Assembly (NCBI GenBank): GCA_963677745.1
Contig: OY782391.1
Location: 480,001 to 544,000 of the forward strand
Direction of reading: 5' to 3'
DNA from: Candidatus Altimarinota bacterium
GTDB taxonomy: Bacteria; Patescibacteriota; Gracilibacteria; UBA1369
DNA: 64,000 nt
Part shown: positions 18,871-29,358 of the stretch, one piece after another
Layout of the letters: each line of letters opens with the position of its first letter
How positions within the stretch are numbered: the stretch's first letter is position 1
Notes under the pieces: generated by a model
The model's input: only the letters and a program-made list of their open reading frames with translations
Told to the model about the DNA's origin: nothing
Database searches by the model: none
Program-made: the position numbers and the translations under genes

Positions 18871-21222
18871 ATGAAAATCACCGCTAAATTGCTGGTTGTG
18901 ATTCTGTTCGGGCAACTCCTCTTCGGATTGACCGCCCAGGCTGCCACTGCACCGGCTCTTTCCGCCCCACCCAACACTTTCATTTATCTTGAGCTGAACA
19001 CAGCCAAGAAAAATCCTCTACAGGGTAAACTGGCTACCATGATCAGGGAAAATGCTGCAGATACGGACAATCAGACCGTCCTGAACACTATTGCCGACAA
19101 CATTGAAAACACTAACATCGGCTTCAGCCAGTCCTTCCACCAGACCGACGGTAGTGAAATTTATTTTCTCTCGGTAGCCCTGCCGGCAGAAGACTTTGAC
19201 GCAATTATTAACGGAATGACAGATGAACTGCAGAAAAAAAATCTGGGGGGAAACAGAATGCTTTACCTGACCAGTGAAGACTTCTTTTTTGCCTATAAAA
19301 ACGGAAATTTAATTGCTTCCAACAAGGAAGGCATTCTGTCCGACCTGCTGATCCAGGAAAACATCAGTTCACTTCAACAAAATCCGGATTGGCAATTTTT
19401 GCAGGGCAAAAGCAGCCCGGAAAGTTTTTTCAAAATGTTCATCAACTTTGAACAACTTCCGACAGACCTGACCACAGAACAGAACCCGGTTCTCGGTGAA
19501 ATAAACCTCCAGGATATGGTTAAATCCGAAGGATTCAGCTTATTGCAAACCACCAACGGTTTGAATGGAATCGTGACTGTTAATCCCGGCTTCAAAACCA
19601 GCCTCAATCCCGCCAATTTGGCCTTCTCTCCCGAACTGTTCAAAAAAATCGATGCCTCCAACCTGCTTTTCTTTAGTGAATCCAATAACCTGGCAACCAA
19701 TCTGCAGGAAAGCATCAATACCCTCTCTCAACTGTCAACTGACTCCTCCCTGCCTTCACCGGCCGAAATTTACGACGAACTGTCCACGGCTATCGTGGAA
19801 ATGACCGGACTGGATCCCGATACCGAAATTGCCCCGCTCTTCCGGAATAGAGCTGCTTTTGCCCTTCATTCGCAGGTCGGACAACAATATTTTCCCGGAA
19901 TCACGCTCATCTCAGAGGTCAAAGGACAGGAAACTCTGGCCAAATCAACTTTGGACAAATTACGAAACAAAATTCTGGCTTCAATCGAAGGAAATTTCAA
20001 GGCCACCTATGAGATGGAAGAATCCTATCAGCAAAGTCTGCTCGATTATGACTCCACCTACCAACCCACTCCGCTCCCGCCACTGGCCGAACTGGAAAAA
20101 CAGTTTTTTACCAGTACTTCCGTTACAGTAAACGGCACAACCTATGATCAAATCAGCTTCGATCCGGACGCTTCCAGCTATTTCTATGCCAACGGAGAAT
20201 ACAAAAGCGACCCCAAAATGGTCACCACCATCTCCACAGCTGTTACCGGCGACGGTTTAATGATAATCAGCACGCAGAAAGACCTCACTAAAACAATTTC
20301 AGCAAACAACAGCCTGTCAGCCGATCCGGAATGGCAGAAAAGTTATACCGGCGGACAGATGCTTGATCTCAGTTTCGTTAACCTCATAAATATCAGCTCC
20401 TATATTAAATCTCTGGCCCTGGAAAGCGGCGCAACGGAGGAAGACATCAAGCCGGTTATGGATTTCATGGCACCACTGAAAAGTCTCTACGCCAGCAGCA
20501 CCTATGAAAACGGTTATTATATAGGCAATCTCAAATTCAATTTTGACCTTAGTCAAATGTCCCAACTGATTTCGTCAGTCGAAAGTCTGGTCACATCGAT
20601 GACCGACAGTTACAGCCGCGACTTTGGTTATGAGCCGATTGATTCCCTGGAACAGGGACTGGTGAAATCCTTTGGATTCAGCGACGTGGACGAAGGCGCC
20701 TGGTACGCCCACTATGTCAACACTCTTGCCTACATCGACATAATGAAAGGCTACGGAACCGAATTCCATCCGAATCAAAACATTACCCGGGCCGAGTTCG
20801 TAAAAACTCTGATGTCCGCCTATGATTACGCCGGATTCTATACAATCGACCAGCAACCGGCATCCAAATTCAAGGATGTCCCCGCAGACGCCTGGTTCGC
20901 ACCTTATGTCAATCGCGCCACTGTTCTCTCCGTAATCAAAGGTTATTCTGACAACACTTTCCGGCCCAACCAGCCAATCAACAGGGCTGAAGCCATGACC
21001 ATGCTGATCAACTTGAGAAGAGCTTCCAACAGCCCGGATCCCGGCCTCAAAGAATTGCCGTTCACAGATGTCCCGCCAACCGACTGGTTTTATGGGGCGG
21101 TTCAAAAAGCGTTCAGCCTCAAATACGTCACCGGTAAGACCGCCACCGTCTTTGCCCCCTCCGATTACTTAACCAGGGCAGAGACAGCCGCCATCATTAC
21201 CCGGTATCTTGATAATTACTAG
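18871..21222 (+). CDS. Secreted DUF3352-like protein with three C-terminal SLH domains
   Basis: Signal peptide ending AQA; FSDV..W..GY..F.P...ITRAE, INRAE and LTRAE repeats; upstream TTGCCC-17-TAAAAT. Confidence 0.85.
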   Translation: MKITAKLLVVILFGQLLFGLTAQAATAPALSAPPNTFIYLELNTAKKNPLQGKLATMIRENAADTDNQTVLNTIADNIENTNIGFSQSFHQTDGSEIYFLSVALPAEDFDAIINGMTDELQKKNLGGNRMLYLTSEDFFFAYKNGNLIASNKEGILSDLLIQENISSLQQNPDWQFLQGKSSPESFFKMFINFEQLPTDLTTEQNPVLGEINLQDMVKSEGFSLLQTTNGLNGIVTVNPGFKTSLNPANLAFSPELFKKIDASNLLFFSESNNLATNLQESINTLSQLSTDSSLPSPAEIYDELSTAIVEMTGLDPDTEIAPLFRNRAAFALHSQVGQQYFPGITLISEVKGQETLAKSTLDKLRNKILASIEGNFKATYEMEESYQQSLLDYDSTYQPTPLPPLAELEKQFFTSTSVTVNGTTYDQISFDPDASSYFYANGEYKSDPKMVTTISTAVTGDGLMIISTQKDLTKTISANNSLSADPEWQKSYTGGQMLDLSFVNLINISSYIKSLALESGATEEDIKPVMDFMAPLKSLYASSTYENGYYIGNLKFNFDLSQMSQLISSVESLVTSMTDSYSRDFGYEPIDSLEQGLVKSFGFSDVDEGAWYAHYVNTLAYIDIMKGYGTEFHPNQNITRAEFVKTLMSAYDYAGFYTIDQQPASKFKDVPADAWFAPYVNRATVLSVIKGYSDNTFRPNQPINRAEAMTMLINLRRASNSPDPGLKELPFTDVPPTDWFYGAVQKAFSLKYVTGKTATVFAPSDYLTRAETAAIITRYLDNY

Positions 21223-21257
21223 AATTAATTAAACGAACACTCTACGGGACAAGTCAT

Positions 21258-21286
21258 AGAGCTGGCTCAAATGAGCCAGCTCTTTT
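21258..21286 (+). terminator. Intrinsic terminator
   Basis: AGAGCTGGCTCA-aa-TGAGCCAGCTCTTTT. Confidence 0.85.
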
Positions 21287-21430
21287 AAATTTTATTATTT
21301 TTTATTAAACACTCAACCCCCTTTCATAATACTCCCCGGTTTGCCTCCGAATTAAACCGCCGCCGGCCTTTTCCATTAGGTTTTAACTTCGTACTATGTT
21401 AGAAAATAATCAAGCAAAAGGAGAAAAACA

Positions 21431-24118
21431 ATGAATCAGACCTATATTGCCCTGGATCTGGAAACCACAGGCTTTGACCCCAGTGCCGATCAGGTTTTGG
21501 AAGTCGCAGCTATAAAGTTCCGGGGAGATAAAATTTTGGAAACTTTCGAGACACTGGTTAACCCCGGCATCGAAATACCGGCTATGGTTAGCCATATTAC
21601 TGGGATCAGCACCGAAACAGTCAAAGCTGCTCCCTCTTTTTCCGATATCAGCGACAACCTGGGCCGGTTCCTGGGGAATTTTCCGATAGTAGGCCACAAT
21701 ATTGACTTTGATTTAACCTTTCTGGAAGCCAAAGGCGTCCCGGTTCTGAATTCCCAAATCGACACCCTCAAACTTTCCGGAATCCTGCTCTCAGAACTCC
21801 CCTCTCTCAGCCTGGAAACAATCAGCCGGCAATTGAAAATCAAACATGAAAACAAGCACCGGGCTCTTTCCGATGCCAAAGTCTGCGTGGAGTTATTCCA
21901 GATTCTCCTGCAGAAAATCGCACAAATCCCCGTCCCCATCCTCAAACAGATACAAGCCTTGATTCCCCGCAGTGAATGGGAACTGGCCGATCTTTTTTTA
22001 AACACAGTCCCCCAGCCCGCCCGCCCCTCCCAAACACGCCCGGCGAAATCACCACCCCAAAAAACAACCAGCCTGCCCCTCCCGGCAGCGGCACCGGAAG
22101 ACTTCATCAATATTCTGGGTGAGCAAAGCTCCCTGTCAACATTCATTGATAAATACGAGTTCCGTCATGGCCAGCAGATACTTTTAAAAAAAATCCTTCA
22201 GGCCTTTGGTGAAAACTTTAACCTGATCGCCGAGGCCGGAACGGGAACCGGTAAAACCATGGCTTATCTGCTGGCCGCCGGCCACGCCTGTCATTTCCAG
22301 AGGAAAAAAGTAATCATCTCCACCTATACCAATAATTTACAGGACCAGGTGTTGGTCAAAGACTTCCCGCTGGTACAAAAACTGTTTCCTGAATTGAAAA
22401 TCGCGGTGTTAAAAGGCCGTAAAAAATATCTGGATCAGAACCGCTTTCGTCAACTTCTGGAAAAACCTCATCTGGAAGAGCATGAATTGACATCGATTAT
22501 AAAAATACTGATCTGGTTGAACCATACCGAAACCGGTGATCTGGATGAATTGAACCTCCAGAACAAAGAAACCCAGCTCTATGAGGAAATATGCGCCGAT
22601 CCGTCCTACATGACTGCGCCGGAAGAATACTCGGCCTCCCACCTTCCCTCTCCGCGTATTGATTTCCTGGAAAATGCCCGCCGTAAAGCCGAATCGGCAG
22701 ATATTATCGTGGTCAACCACGCCCTGCTGATCCAAGACCATTTGACGGACAACAAAATTCTTCCCGAAGCTCAAATTTTGATCGCGGATGAGGCCCATCA
22801 TCTCGAAAAGACGCTGACCGACGGTTTAACGATGTTTTTCAGTTATAGCAGGCTGGAAAGACAATGGGACCACCTGATCGAAAGCCTGGAAAGCCTTAAG
22901 AAAACACAGCCGTCCCTGGATCAGGAAACCCTGACAGCATCAACACAGATCAGAAAACTGTCTTCCGGATCTTTACAACTGGCGGAAAAACTTTTTGAAA
23001 AAAACCGGCTGCTGATCGAAAAATTTGCCAAAACCATGTATGGCCAGCCCTCTCAACTTGGCATTACGCAACAAATCGCCGACAGTCCGGAATGGGCTGA
23101 ATGTCTGGAACTGATTAATCAAATGACATTGAGCATAACGGATCTGAAAGAGCTGTCCGACCAGCTGCACCGGACTCTGTTAAAATGGGAAATCACCGAC
23201 CATCCCCTGCAGGGCAACCTGCATGATCTGCAAAATTTTTTCCAGAACCTCAAAACACTGTACGATTCACCCAAAAATAAAATCATCTGGGTCAACAAAG
23301 GATTTGATGAAAGCATCCATCTTTGCGTGGCTCCCCTTTCCGTTAAGGAAATTTTTGGCGAAAAGATTTTTACCGGCTATCAGTCGGTAATCCTTACTTC
23401 CGCCACACTCTCTACTTACGGCCATTTCTCTTATATCCGTTCCGAACTGGGACTGGATGAGAGCTTTGAAGAAATAAAAGTGCCGAGCCATTTCAGTTAT
23501 CCGGATCAGGTAAAAATCATCATCCCCGAAAATCTCTCCGACCCCAAGACACCTGATTATCTCCCTCAGTGCACCAAGGTGATCGGCTCAATTATCAATA
23601 AAAACGGCGGACGGACACTGGTACTCTTTACCGCCAAAAAAGATCTGGCCAGAGTATTTCATGAACTGGCTCCCTCGCTCAAAACCGAAGGCATTAACCT
23701 GCTGGCCCAGAACATCTCCGGCGGGCGCGGCAAGATAATTTCCCATTTTCAGGATGAACCGGCCAATTGTGCGATACTGGGAACCAACAGTTTCTGGGAA
23801 GGAGTCGATTTGATCGGACCGGTCCTGACCTGCGTAGTAATACAGAAACTGCCCTTTGATCCGCCTGATGATCCGATTGTCCGCGCCCGCTCCAGCCTGC
23901 TGGAAAAACCCTTCGAGCAATACTCCCTGCCCCGGGCAATTTTGCGTTTCAAACAGGGCTTTGGACGCCTGATCCGGTCGGCCCGCGACACCGGTGCCGT
24001 CGTCATTCTGGATTCCCGCCTGGTCCAAAAAAGTTATGGTCGTGAATTTATCTCCTCTCTGCCGGAAGGCATCAAAATTCACCAATGTGATCAAAAAGAG
24101 GTGGCAGACTTCCTGTAA
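21431..24118 (+). CDS. dinG: DEDDh 3'-5' exonuclease fused to DinG-family helicase
   Basis: DLETTG, GHNIDFD, HRALSD; AGTGTGKT, DEAHH, TSATL, FWEGVD, QGFGRLIR. Confidence 0.92.
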   Translation: MNQTYIALDLETTGFDPSADQVLEVAAIKFRGDKILETFETLVNPGIEIPAMVSHITGISTETVKAAPSFSDISDNLGRFLGNFPIVGHNIDFDLTFLEAKGVPVLNSQIDTLKLSGILLSELPSLSLETISRQLKIKHENKHRALSDAKVCVELFQILLQKIAQIPVPILKQIQALIPRSEWELADLFLNTVPQPARPSQTRPAKSPPQKTTSLPLPAAAPEDFINILGEQSSLSTFIDKYEFRHGQQILLKKILQAFGENFNLIAEAGTGTGKTMAYLLAAGHACHFQRKKVIISTYTNNLQDQVLVKDFPLVQKLFPELKIAVLKGRKKYLDQNRFRQLLEKPHLEEHELTSIIKILIWLNHTETGDLDELNLQNKETQLYEEICADPSYMTAPEEYSASHLPSPRIDFLENARRKAESADIIVVNHALLIQDHLTDNKILPEAQILIADEAHHLEKTLTDGLTMFFSYSRLERQWDHLIESLESLKKTQPSLDQETLTASTQIRKLSSGSLQLAEKLFEKNRLLIEKFAKTMYGQPSQLGITQQIADSPEWAECLELINQMTLSITDLKELSDQLHRTLLKWEITDHPLQGNLHDLQNFFQNLKTLYDSPKNKIIWVNKGFDESIHLCVAPLSVKEIFGEKIFTGYQSVILTSATLSTYGHFSYIRSELGLDESFEEIKVPSHFSYPDQVKIIIPENLSDPKTPDYLPQCTKVIGSIINKNGGRTLVLFTAKKDLARVFHELAPSLKTEGINLLAQNISGGRGKIISHFQDEPANCAILGTNSFWEGVDLIGPVLTCVVIQKLPFDPPDDPIVRARSSLLEKPFEQYSLPRAILRFKQGFGRLIRSARDTGAVVILDSRLVQKSYGREFISSLPEGIKIHQCDQKEVADFL

Positions 24119-24171
24119 ATCCGCCGGGAAACCGCCGGAATCTTCCAAAAACGCCAAAAAAATGCTACAAT

Positions 24172-25497
24172 ATGAGGATAATTAGCATTTTGACCATGAC
24201 TAAAAAAATCTTATTGATCCTGCTCGGCATCCTGATACTGGGCGGTCTGGTAACAATCGTTGTTATAGGCGGTCCTGGGAAATTTCTCCAGGGAGCTCTT
24301 TATAACATCAGACCAATCTACCGGGAATGTAAAATCGAAGGTAAAAATTTCAATAGCAGTGCCACCGCCGATTGCGAGGATTTCAACAAAAAACTTCAGG
24401 ACCGCTATTTCCCCAACGGCGAATACACCATCTACGCCAAATATACCGACCGCCGTCTTCCTGACAACATTATTCCGGTTACCGTTACCGAAAACCAGCT
24501 GGAATGTAATTTCCTGGGAAATGGATACGAACCGCGAATCAGTGTCTCCGACGCCAAGAACCCTTTGGCGTCCGAAACCATCAAAAACCGGGAAGAAGTA
24601 CCGGTTGGCAGCAACGGAGTGATTGTCCAAATCAATTACCGGAAAAACGATCAGCCCTATTTCTACGACACCAATATCTGTGAATCGGCCTTCCAGGCCA
24701 CAGTGATGGATGCCGACAAAAAAGAGCTGGGCACAGCCAAAATGGATTATAACGGTTTCATCAACAGCCGCGAACTGGTCAATGAAATTCTGATCACCGA
24801 TAAACCGTATTATTCGGATAAGACGGGCCAGACAATCAAGGATTTTCAGGCGGGCAATATCTTTGCCAGTCTCAACCTGGCTCCGGATTTCCTGTTTAAA
24901 TTCACACTCCCCTGCTCGGGACAAAAAATTTCGGTTCAAATCCCCAACCTGCAAACCGACAAAGATATTTTGATCCCCATTAAAGGACTGAGCGCCGGAT
25001 ATCTTAAAAACTGTGGATCCCGGCTTTACCTTGGTTTGCAAAACACCAATCGTTACGACGATATCCAGACAATTGAAAATCTGAATCTGGTTGACCAGGG
25101 GCAATTCACCACCTACCTTTTGAAATTGAATCAGATTGGCAGACTGAGTGACGTCAACACCACCTTCCCGATCAGTTTCAAGATTAATCTTCATCTGCGG
25201 GACAGAAGCGACTCCAAGGAAGTGATTACTTTGGGAGGCGGTGTGATCACCATTACCGGCTACAACCCGGCAACCGCGTCAGCAATTACTGACAACGGTG
25301 TAAACTCCGGACTAATTACCGACCAAAATGCCACCGCTGAAATCACTGCTACCACCGGTATACCCGGGCTAACCAACCTGCCTGTCACCATTACCGACAT
25401 GGTAGCAACTGCCGATCAGACCATCGGTTCGACAAATCCCGGCCCAACCATCGACAACCCGGCTGGAAAAGTACGCAGAACCCCTCTGGTTCCCTGA
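24172..25497 (+). CDS. Membrane-anchored/secreted hypothetical protein with Thr-rich C-terminal linker
   Basis: N-terminal hydrophobic helix (start may be ATG 24196), paired Cys, T/P-rich tail ending KVRRTPLVP. Confidence 0.75.
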   Translation: MRIISILTMTKKILLILLGILILGGLVTIVVIGGPGKFLQGALYNIRPIYRECKIEGKNFNSSATADCEDFNKKLQDRYFPNGEYTIYAKYTDRRLPDNIIPVTVTENQLECNFLGNGYEPRISVSDAKNPLASETIKNREEVPVGSNGVIVQINYRKNDQPYFYDTNICESAFQATVMDADKKELGTAKMDYNGFINSRELVNEILITDKPYYSDKTGQTIKDFQAGNIFASLNLAPDFLFKFTLPCSGQKISVQIPNLQTDKDILIPIKGLSAGYLKNCGSRLYLGLQNTNRYDDIQTIENLNLVDQGQFTTYLLKLNQIGRLSDVNTTFPISFKINLHLRDRSDSKEVITLGGGVITITGYNPATASAITDNGVNSGLITDQNATAEITATTGIPGLTNLPVTITDMVATADQTIGSTNPGPTIDNPAGKVRRTPLVP

Positions 25498-25626
25498 AAT
25501 CGGGGAATTCATAACGTCAACAGCATTTCCCATCGCTATTCCGCTTCAATTTGCATTGAAAGTCCAAGTACACTAAAATTGGCATAGTTGATTTTAACAG
25601 GGAAAATATATTTTAAATTTGCTAAC

Positions 25627-26196
25627 ATGGAACTTCTAATAGTCTTAGCCGTAGTAGTAGTCCTGGGTGGACTGGTAATCGGAGTCTATAACGGACTCAT
25701 CCAGCTGAAAAACAAAGTTGATGAGGGCTGGGCCGACATCGAAACACAATTAAAACGCCGCTACGACCTGATCCCCAATATGGTGGAAACCGTCAAAGGT
25801 TATGCCAAACATGAAAGCAAGACCCTGGAGGCGGTTACACAGGCCCGCAACATGGCAATGTCCGCCAACACCCCGGAAGAAAAGATAAAAGCTGAAAACG
25901 CCCTGACCGGAACCTTGAAAACTTTGTTCGCAGTTGCTGAAAACTATCCTGAACTCAAAGCCAACCAGAATTTCATGGATCTGCAGGCAACCCTCAAGGA
26001 AGTAGAAGAAAAATTGCAACTTTCCCGCCGCTATTACAACGCCACCGTCCGCGACTTCAATACCAAAGTGGAAATTTTTCCCAACAATCTGATTGCCGGC
26101 ATCTTCAAATTCACACGCCGCCAGTTCTTTGAGATAGAAAATCCCGAAGAACGGCAGAACGTCAAAGTCTCCTTCAGCGACGAACCGAAAAAATAA
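25627..26196 (+). CDS. lemA: LemA family protein
   Basis: YNGL...WADIETQLKRRYDLIPN, ENYPELKANQNF, RRYYN, FPNNLIA; start moved to ATG 25627. Confidence 0.96.
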   Translation: MELLIVLAVVVVLGGLVIGVYNGLIQLKNKVDEGWADIETQLKRRYDLIPNMVETVKGYAKHESKTLEAVTQARNMAMSANTPEEKIKAENALTGTLKTLFAVAENYPELKANQNFMDLQATLKEVEEKLQLSRRYYNATVRDFNTKVEIFPNNLIAGIFKFTRRQFFEIENPEERQNVKVSFSDEPKK

Positions 26197-26204
26197 TCAT
26201 CATC

Positions 26205-26234
26205 AAGCGCCCCGCCGGCCGGCGGGGCGCTTTT
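26205..26234 (+). terminator. GC-rich terminator-like hairpin between lemA and the DUF2207 gene
   Basis: AAGCGCCCCGCCGG/CCGGCGGGGCGCTTTT. Confidence 0.75.
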
Positions 26235-26265
26235 CAAATCAATGGCCCACTTAATCCCCGGCATT

Positions 26266-28068
26266 ATGAAAAAAAACCTCTTTTCTAAACTGCTGATTTT
26301 TTTGGCATTGTTACTCTTGCCGGTACTGGTACAAGCCCAGGACCAAACCGGCGATTTACGGAAAGTGGATTTTACCGGTTACAACCTTTACGGATGGGGA
26401 ATCAGCGACTTCCATGCTGATATTGCCATCAATGCCGACAGCACTTTCCTGGTCAAAGAAACCATCGAGGCCGATTTCACCAAAGCCGAAGGCACCAGCC
26501 GCCACGGAATCATCCGCAATATTCCCATTCATTATCAGGACCGTTATAACCAGAATCTCAACATCCGCTTCAAGCTGCTCAGCGTCACCGACGAACAGGG
26601 CAATCCCTACGAAGTGGAAACGTCATACTGGGGAAATGATGTCGATCTGAAAATCGGTTCAGCCGACGTGCTGGTCGACGGACAAATAAAAACTTATATA
26701 ATTTCCTACGAACTGGAACGGGGGCTGAATCAGTTTGAAGACTATGATGAACTGTTCTGGAATGTTACGGGAAACGGCTGGGACACGGCAATTGCCAAAG
26801 CTTCCGCTACGGTAACCCTGCCCAAAGAAGCCGATCAGAATAAAATGAAAGCCATCTGCTTCACCGGTTTTGGTTACAGCCGGGAGCAAAATTGCCAGGC
26901 ACAGGTAATCGACGGCAAAACCTATCAGTTTTCTTCCAGCTCCCTGCTCCCCACCGGAGCGGGACTGACCATTGCCGTCTCCTTTCCCAAAGGTACGATT
27001 AATTTCCCCTCCCCTTTGACCGTCTTCAGCTGGTTTGTGATAGATAATTGGGGCTATCTGATTCCGGTTATCGCTTTTTTTTTCCTGTATTATCTCTGGT
27101 ATAAAGACGGCCGGGATCCCCAAGCCACCCATACCGCCATCATGCCGGAATACGATGTCCCGGACAACCTGCGACCGGCGGAAGTCGGGACACTGCTCGA
27201 CAACAGTGTTGATATGCGGGATATCACCAGCACCATCATTGATCTGGCCACCCGCGGTTATCTGAAAATCATTGAAAGCAAAGAGAAAAAACTGTTCGGG
27301 GAAACCACCTATTATGAACTGGAAAAAACCACCCCCTCCAAGCCTGAAAAAGAGCCGTTGCAGGATTTTGAACTGAAAATTTACGACGCGATCTTCGGGA
27401 CAAAAACCAAGATCAACCTCACCGACCTCAAATATAAATTTTACCAGGACATCCCCGGCATCAAAACCTCGATTTACAACAGTCTGATCGGTAAAAAATA
27501 CTACACCTCCAATCCGGAGACAGCCAAGACCTCCTATTTCGGCTGTGGCGGAGGAATGCTTTTTCTGACCTTATTCTTTCTCGGTTTCCTGGCCGACATC
27601 AATCTGCCTCTCTTTTTGGGTCTTTTGATGACAGCTCCGATCATTTTTATTTTCGGCTTTTACATGCCCAAACGTACCCAAAAAGGAGCCGACACCCAAA
27701 TCCGCGTACTGGGACTGGAAGAATTTATTAAAACAGCGGAGGAAGACCGCATCAAATTCTACGAAAAAGAAAATATCTTCGAAAAAGTTTTGCCTTATGC
27801 CATTGCTTTCGGACTGGGCGACAAATGGGCCAAAGCCTGCGAAGGACTGTTCAAACAATCTCCCAACTGGTATCAAAGTTCCGATCCCAATATGCTCACT
27901 CACTTCAACACCTATTATTTTCTGCATACACTAAACAGCTTCAACTCCTCCATGTCTTCCAACATGCAGGCGGCCCCCCGCAGTTCCTCCTCCAGCGGAC
28001 ACAGCGGTTTTAGCGGCGGTGGATTCAGCGGCGGCGGCTTCGGCGGAGGCGGCGGCAGCAGCTGGTAA
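26266..28068 (+). CDS. DUF2207 membrane protein
   Basis: HGIIRNIP, ELFWNVTGNGW, PAEVG, IIDLATRGYL, LPYAIAFG, terminal GGGFGGGGGSSW; usual lemA neighbour. Confidence 0.92.
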   Translation: MKKNLFSKLLIFLALLLLPVLVQAQDQTGDLRKVDFTGYNLYGWGISDFHADIAINADSTFLVKETIEADFTKAEGTSRHGIIRNIPIHYQDRYNQNLNIRFKLLSVTDEQGNPYEVETSYWGNDVDLKIGSADVLVDGQIKTYIISYELERGLNQFEDYDELFWNVTGNGWDTAIAKASATVTLPKEADQNKMKAICFTGFGYSREQNCQAQVIDGKTYQFSSSSLLPTGAGLTIAVSFPKGTINFPSPLTVFSWFVIDNWGYLIPVIAFFFLYYLWYKDGRDPQATHTAIMPEYDVPDNLRPAEVGTLLDNSVDMRDITSTIIDLATRGYLKIIESKEKKLFGETTYYELEKTTPSKPEKEPLQDFELKIYDAIFGTKTKINLTDLKYKFYQDIPGIKTSIYNSLIGKKYYTSNPETAKTSYFGCGGGMLFLTLFFLGFLADINLPLFLGLLMTAPIIFIFGFYMPKRTQKGADTQIRVLGLEEFIKTAEEDRIKFYEKENIFEKVLPYAIAFGLGDKWAKACEGLFKQSPNWYQSSDPNMLTHFNTYYFLHTLNSFNSSMSSNMQAAPRSSSSSGHSGFSGGGFSGGGFGGGGGSSW

Positions 28069-28085
28069 CCTCCCGGATCGGATTT

Positions 28086-29300
28086 TCAGGTTATTCTGAA
28101 TCTGCGACGATTCATTAATCTGAGCATCAATGCCGTATAGACTTCCTGTCTCATCCACTCCAAATAATTTTCCTCCATATCCATATATTCCTGAAAATTC
28201 ACCTGGTTTTCGACCACCTGAAATGATCTCACCAGCAATTCCGCCTCATTGATCCTCCCTTCATCGGTCAAAGCTTTGATGGTCATCAGGATTTTTTCAG
28301 CAATCAGCGAGCCGGGATGATCTCCTGTTATTTCCAGATCACGATCCTCCTGCCTCTCCTGTCTAAGCACATTGGCACCAGGCACCGGTCTGTTTTTTTC
28401 ATAAAAATCAGTGAGACAGTTGCTCTTTAATTCAAGTGTTTTTTCTCCGAATACTTTTGCCGAAACCAAATCATTTTTCTCCGGATCTTCATCCAGGACT
28501 CCCACCAGTTCTTTCTCACCGTCGATAATCTGACGAAAATACTGCGGATAAACTTTGCAGGAATTCAGCATATCCAACAACACTTTTTCGGTTGCCGGAT
28601 TTTCTTCTCTGTCCAGTCGGGCAACAGCTTCTTTCAGGATGCCGCAGGCCCGAAGTAAAGACAAATAATCCGCTTCCACCAGTTGCTGATTGGCTTTGAC
28701 GGGAGACCCCAGAAGATACAATGATTTCTTCAAGCCGTCCAAACGCCAGGCCAGTGCTTCCAGCAGATATCCAACCTCTGTCCAAAGCTTAAGAGAGATC
28801 ATTGTCAGCAGAGAATAGTCGGACAAAAGCAGCTGTGCAGTCACCTCTTCGCCGGAAACCTCACCATGATAAACAAACAAAAGATTTTTCAATGAATTAT
28901 CCAGTTCTTTCAAAATTTTTCCGGCCACCTCCACCATCTCACTTTCAGTGGCATTATTCACGTCCAGGTTGAAATGGGAGAGAAAACTTTTTTCCAAAAA
29001 ATGCCTGGCTGAACTGCGCATTTTCACCTGCTCGACGTTTCTCTCCTCCCCCGGCGCAAAAACATAATCCCTTTCCCTGATTTTTTTAATTCTCCAGACC
29101 AGCTCGGTCAGCTGATCAAAAGGCACAATCAACTGTGTTTCAAACTTCTTCCAGAGCGGCTCATTCAAAAAACCCGCCACTCCGTCAATAAACCTCTCCC
29201 GGAAACCCTGATCAATCTTTCTTTCCCCCTCCAGCAACGAGCGAAAGAGGGACAAGCTACAGCTTTCATCACCTTCAATAATTCTCAGGCCGGAATTCAT
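28086..29300 (-). CDS. Hypothetical helical protein
   Basis: ~400-aa ORF filling the gap downstream of uvrB; no motif recognised; start taken at MNSG. Confidence 0.65.
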   Translation of the reverse strand: MNSGLRIIEGDESCSLSLFRSLLEGERKIDQGFRERFIDGVAGFLNEPLWKKFETQLIVPFDQLTELVWRIKKIRERDYVFAPGEERNVEQVKMRSSARHFLEKSFLSHFNLDVNNATESEMVEVAGKILKELDNSLKNLLFVYHGEVSGEEVTAQLLLSDYSLLTMISLKLWTEVGYLLEALAWRLDGLKKSLYLLGSPVKANQQLVEADYLSLLRACGILKEAVARLDREENPATEKVLLDMLNSCKVYPQYFRQIIDGEKELVGVLDEDPEKNDLVSAKVFGEKTLELKSNCLTDFYEKNRPVPGANVLRQERQEDRDLEITGDHPGSLIAEKILMTIKALTDEGRINEAELLVRSFQVVENQVNFQEYMDMEENYLEWMRQEVYTALMLRLMNRRRFRIT

Positions 29301-29358
29301 AGACAAAATAAATAAGACCGTATTAGAACACAAACTAAAAAAATATGCAATATTAGGT

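Noticed and set aside
17908-18915. 335-aa antisense ORF
   Set aside because: Overlaps the motif-bearing plus-strand gene; composition is typical of an antisense shadow.
12656-24118. HrpA plus DinG as an anti-phage or type IV CRISPR system
   Set aside because: Both have housekeeping architectures, are separated by unrelated genes, and have no cas or defence partners nearby.
24211-25194. 327-aa antisense ORF
   Set aside because: Fully inside a plus-strand gene with a clear membrane anchor; no motifs of its own.
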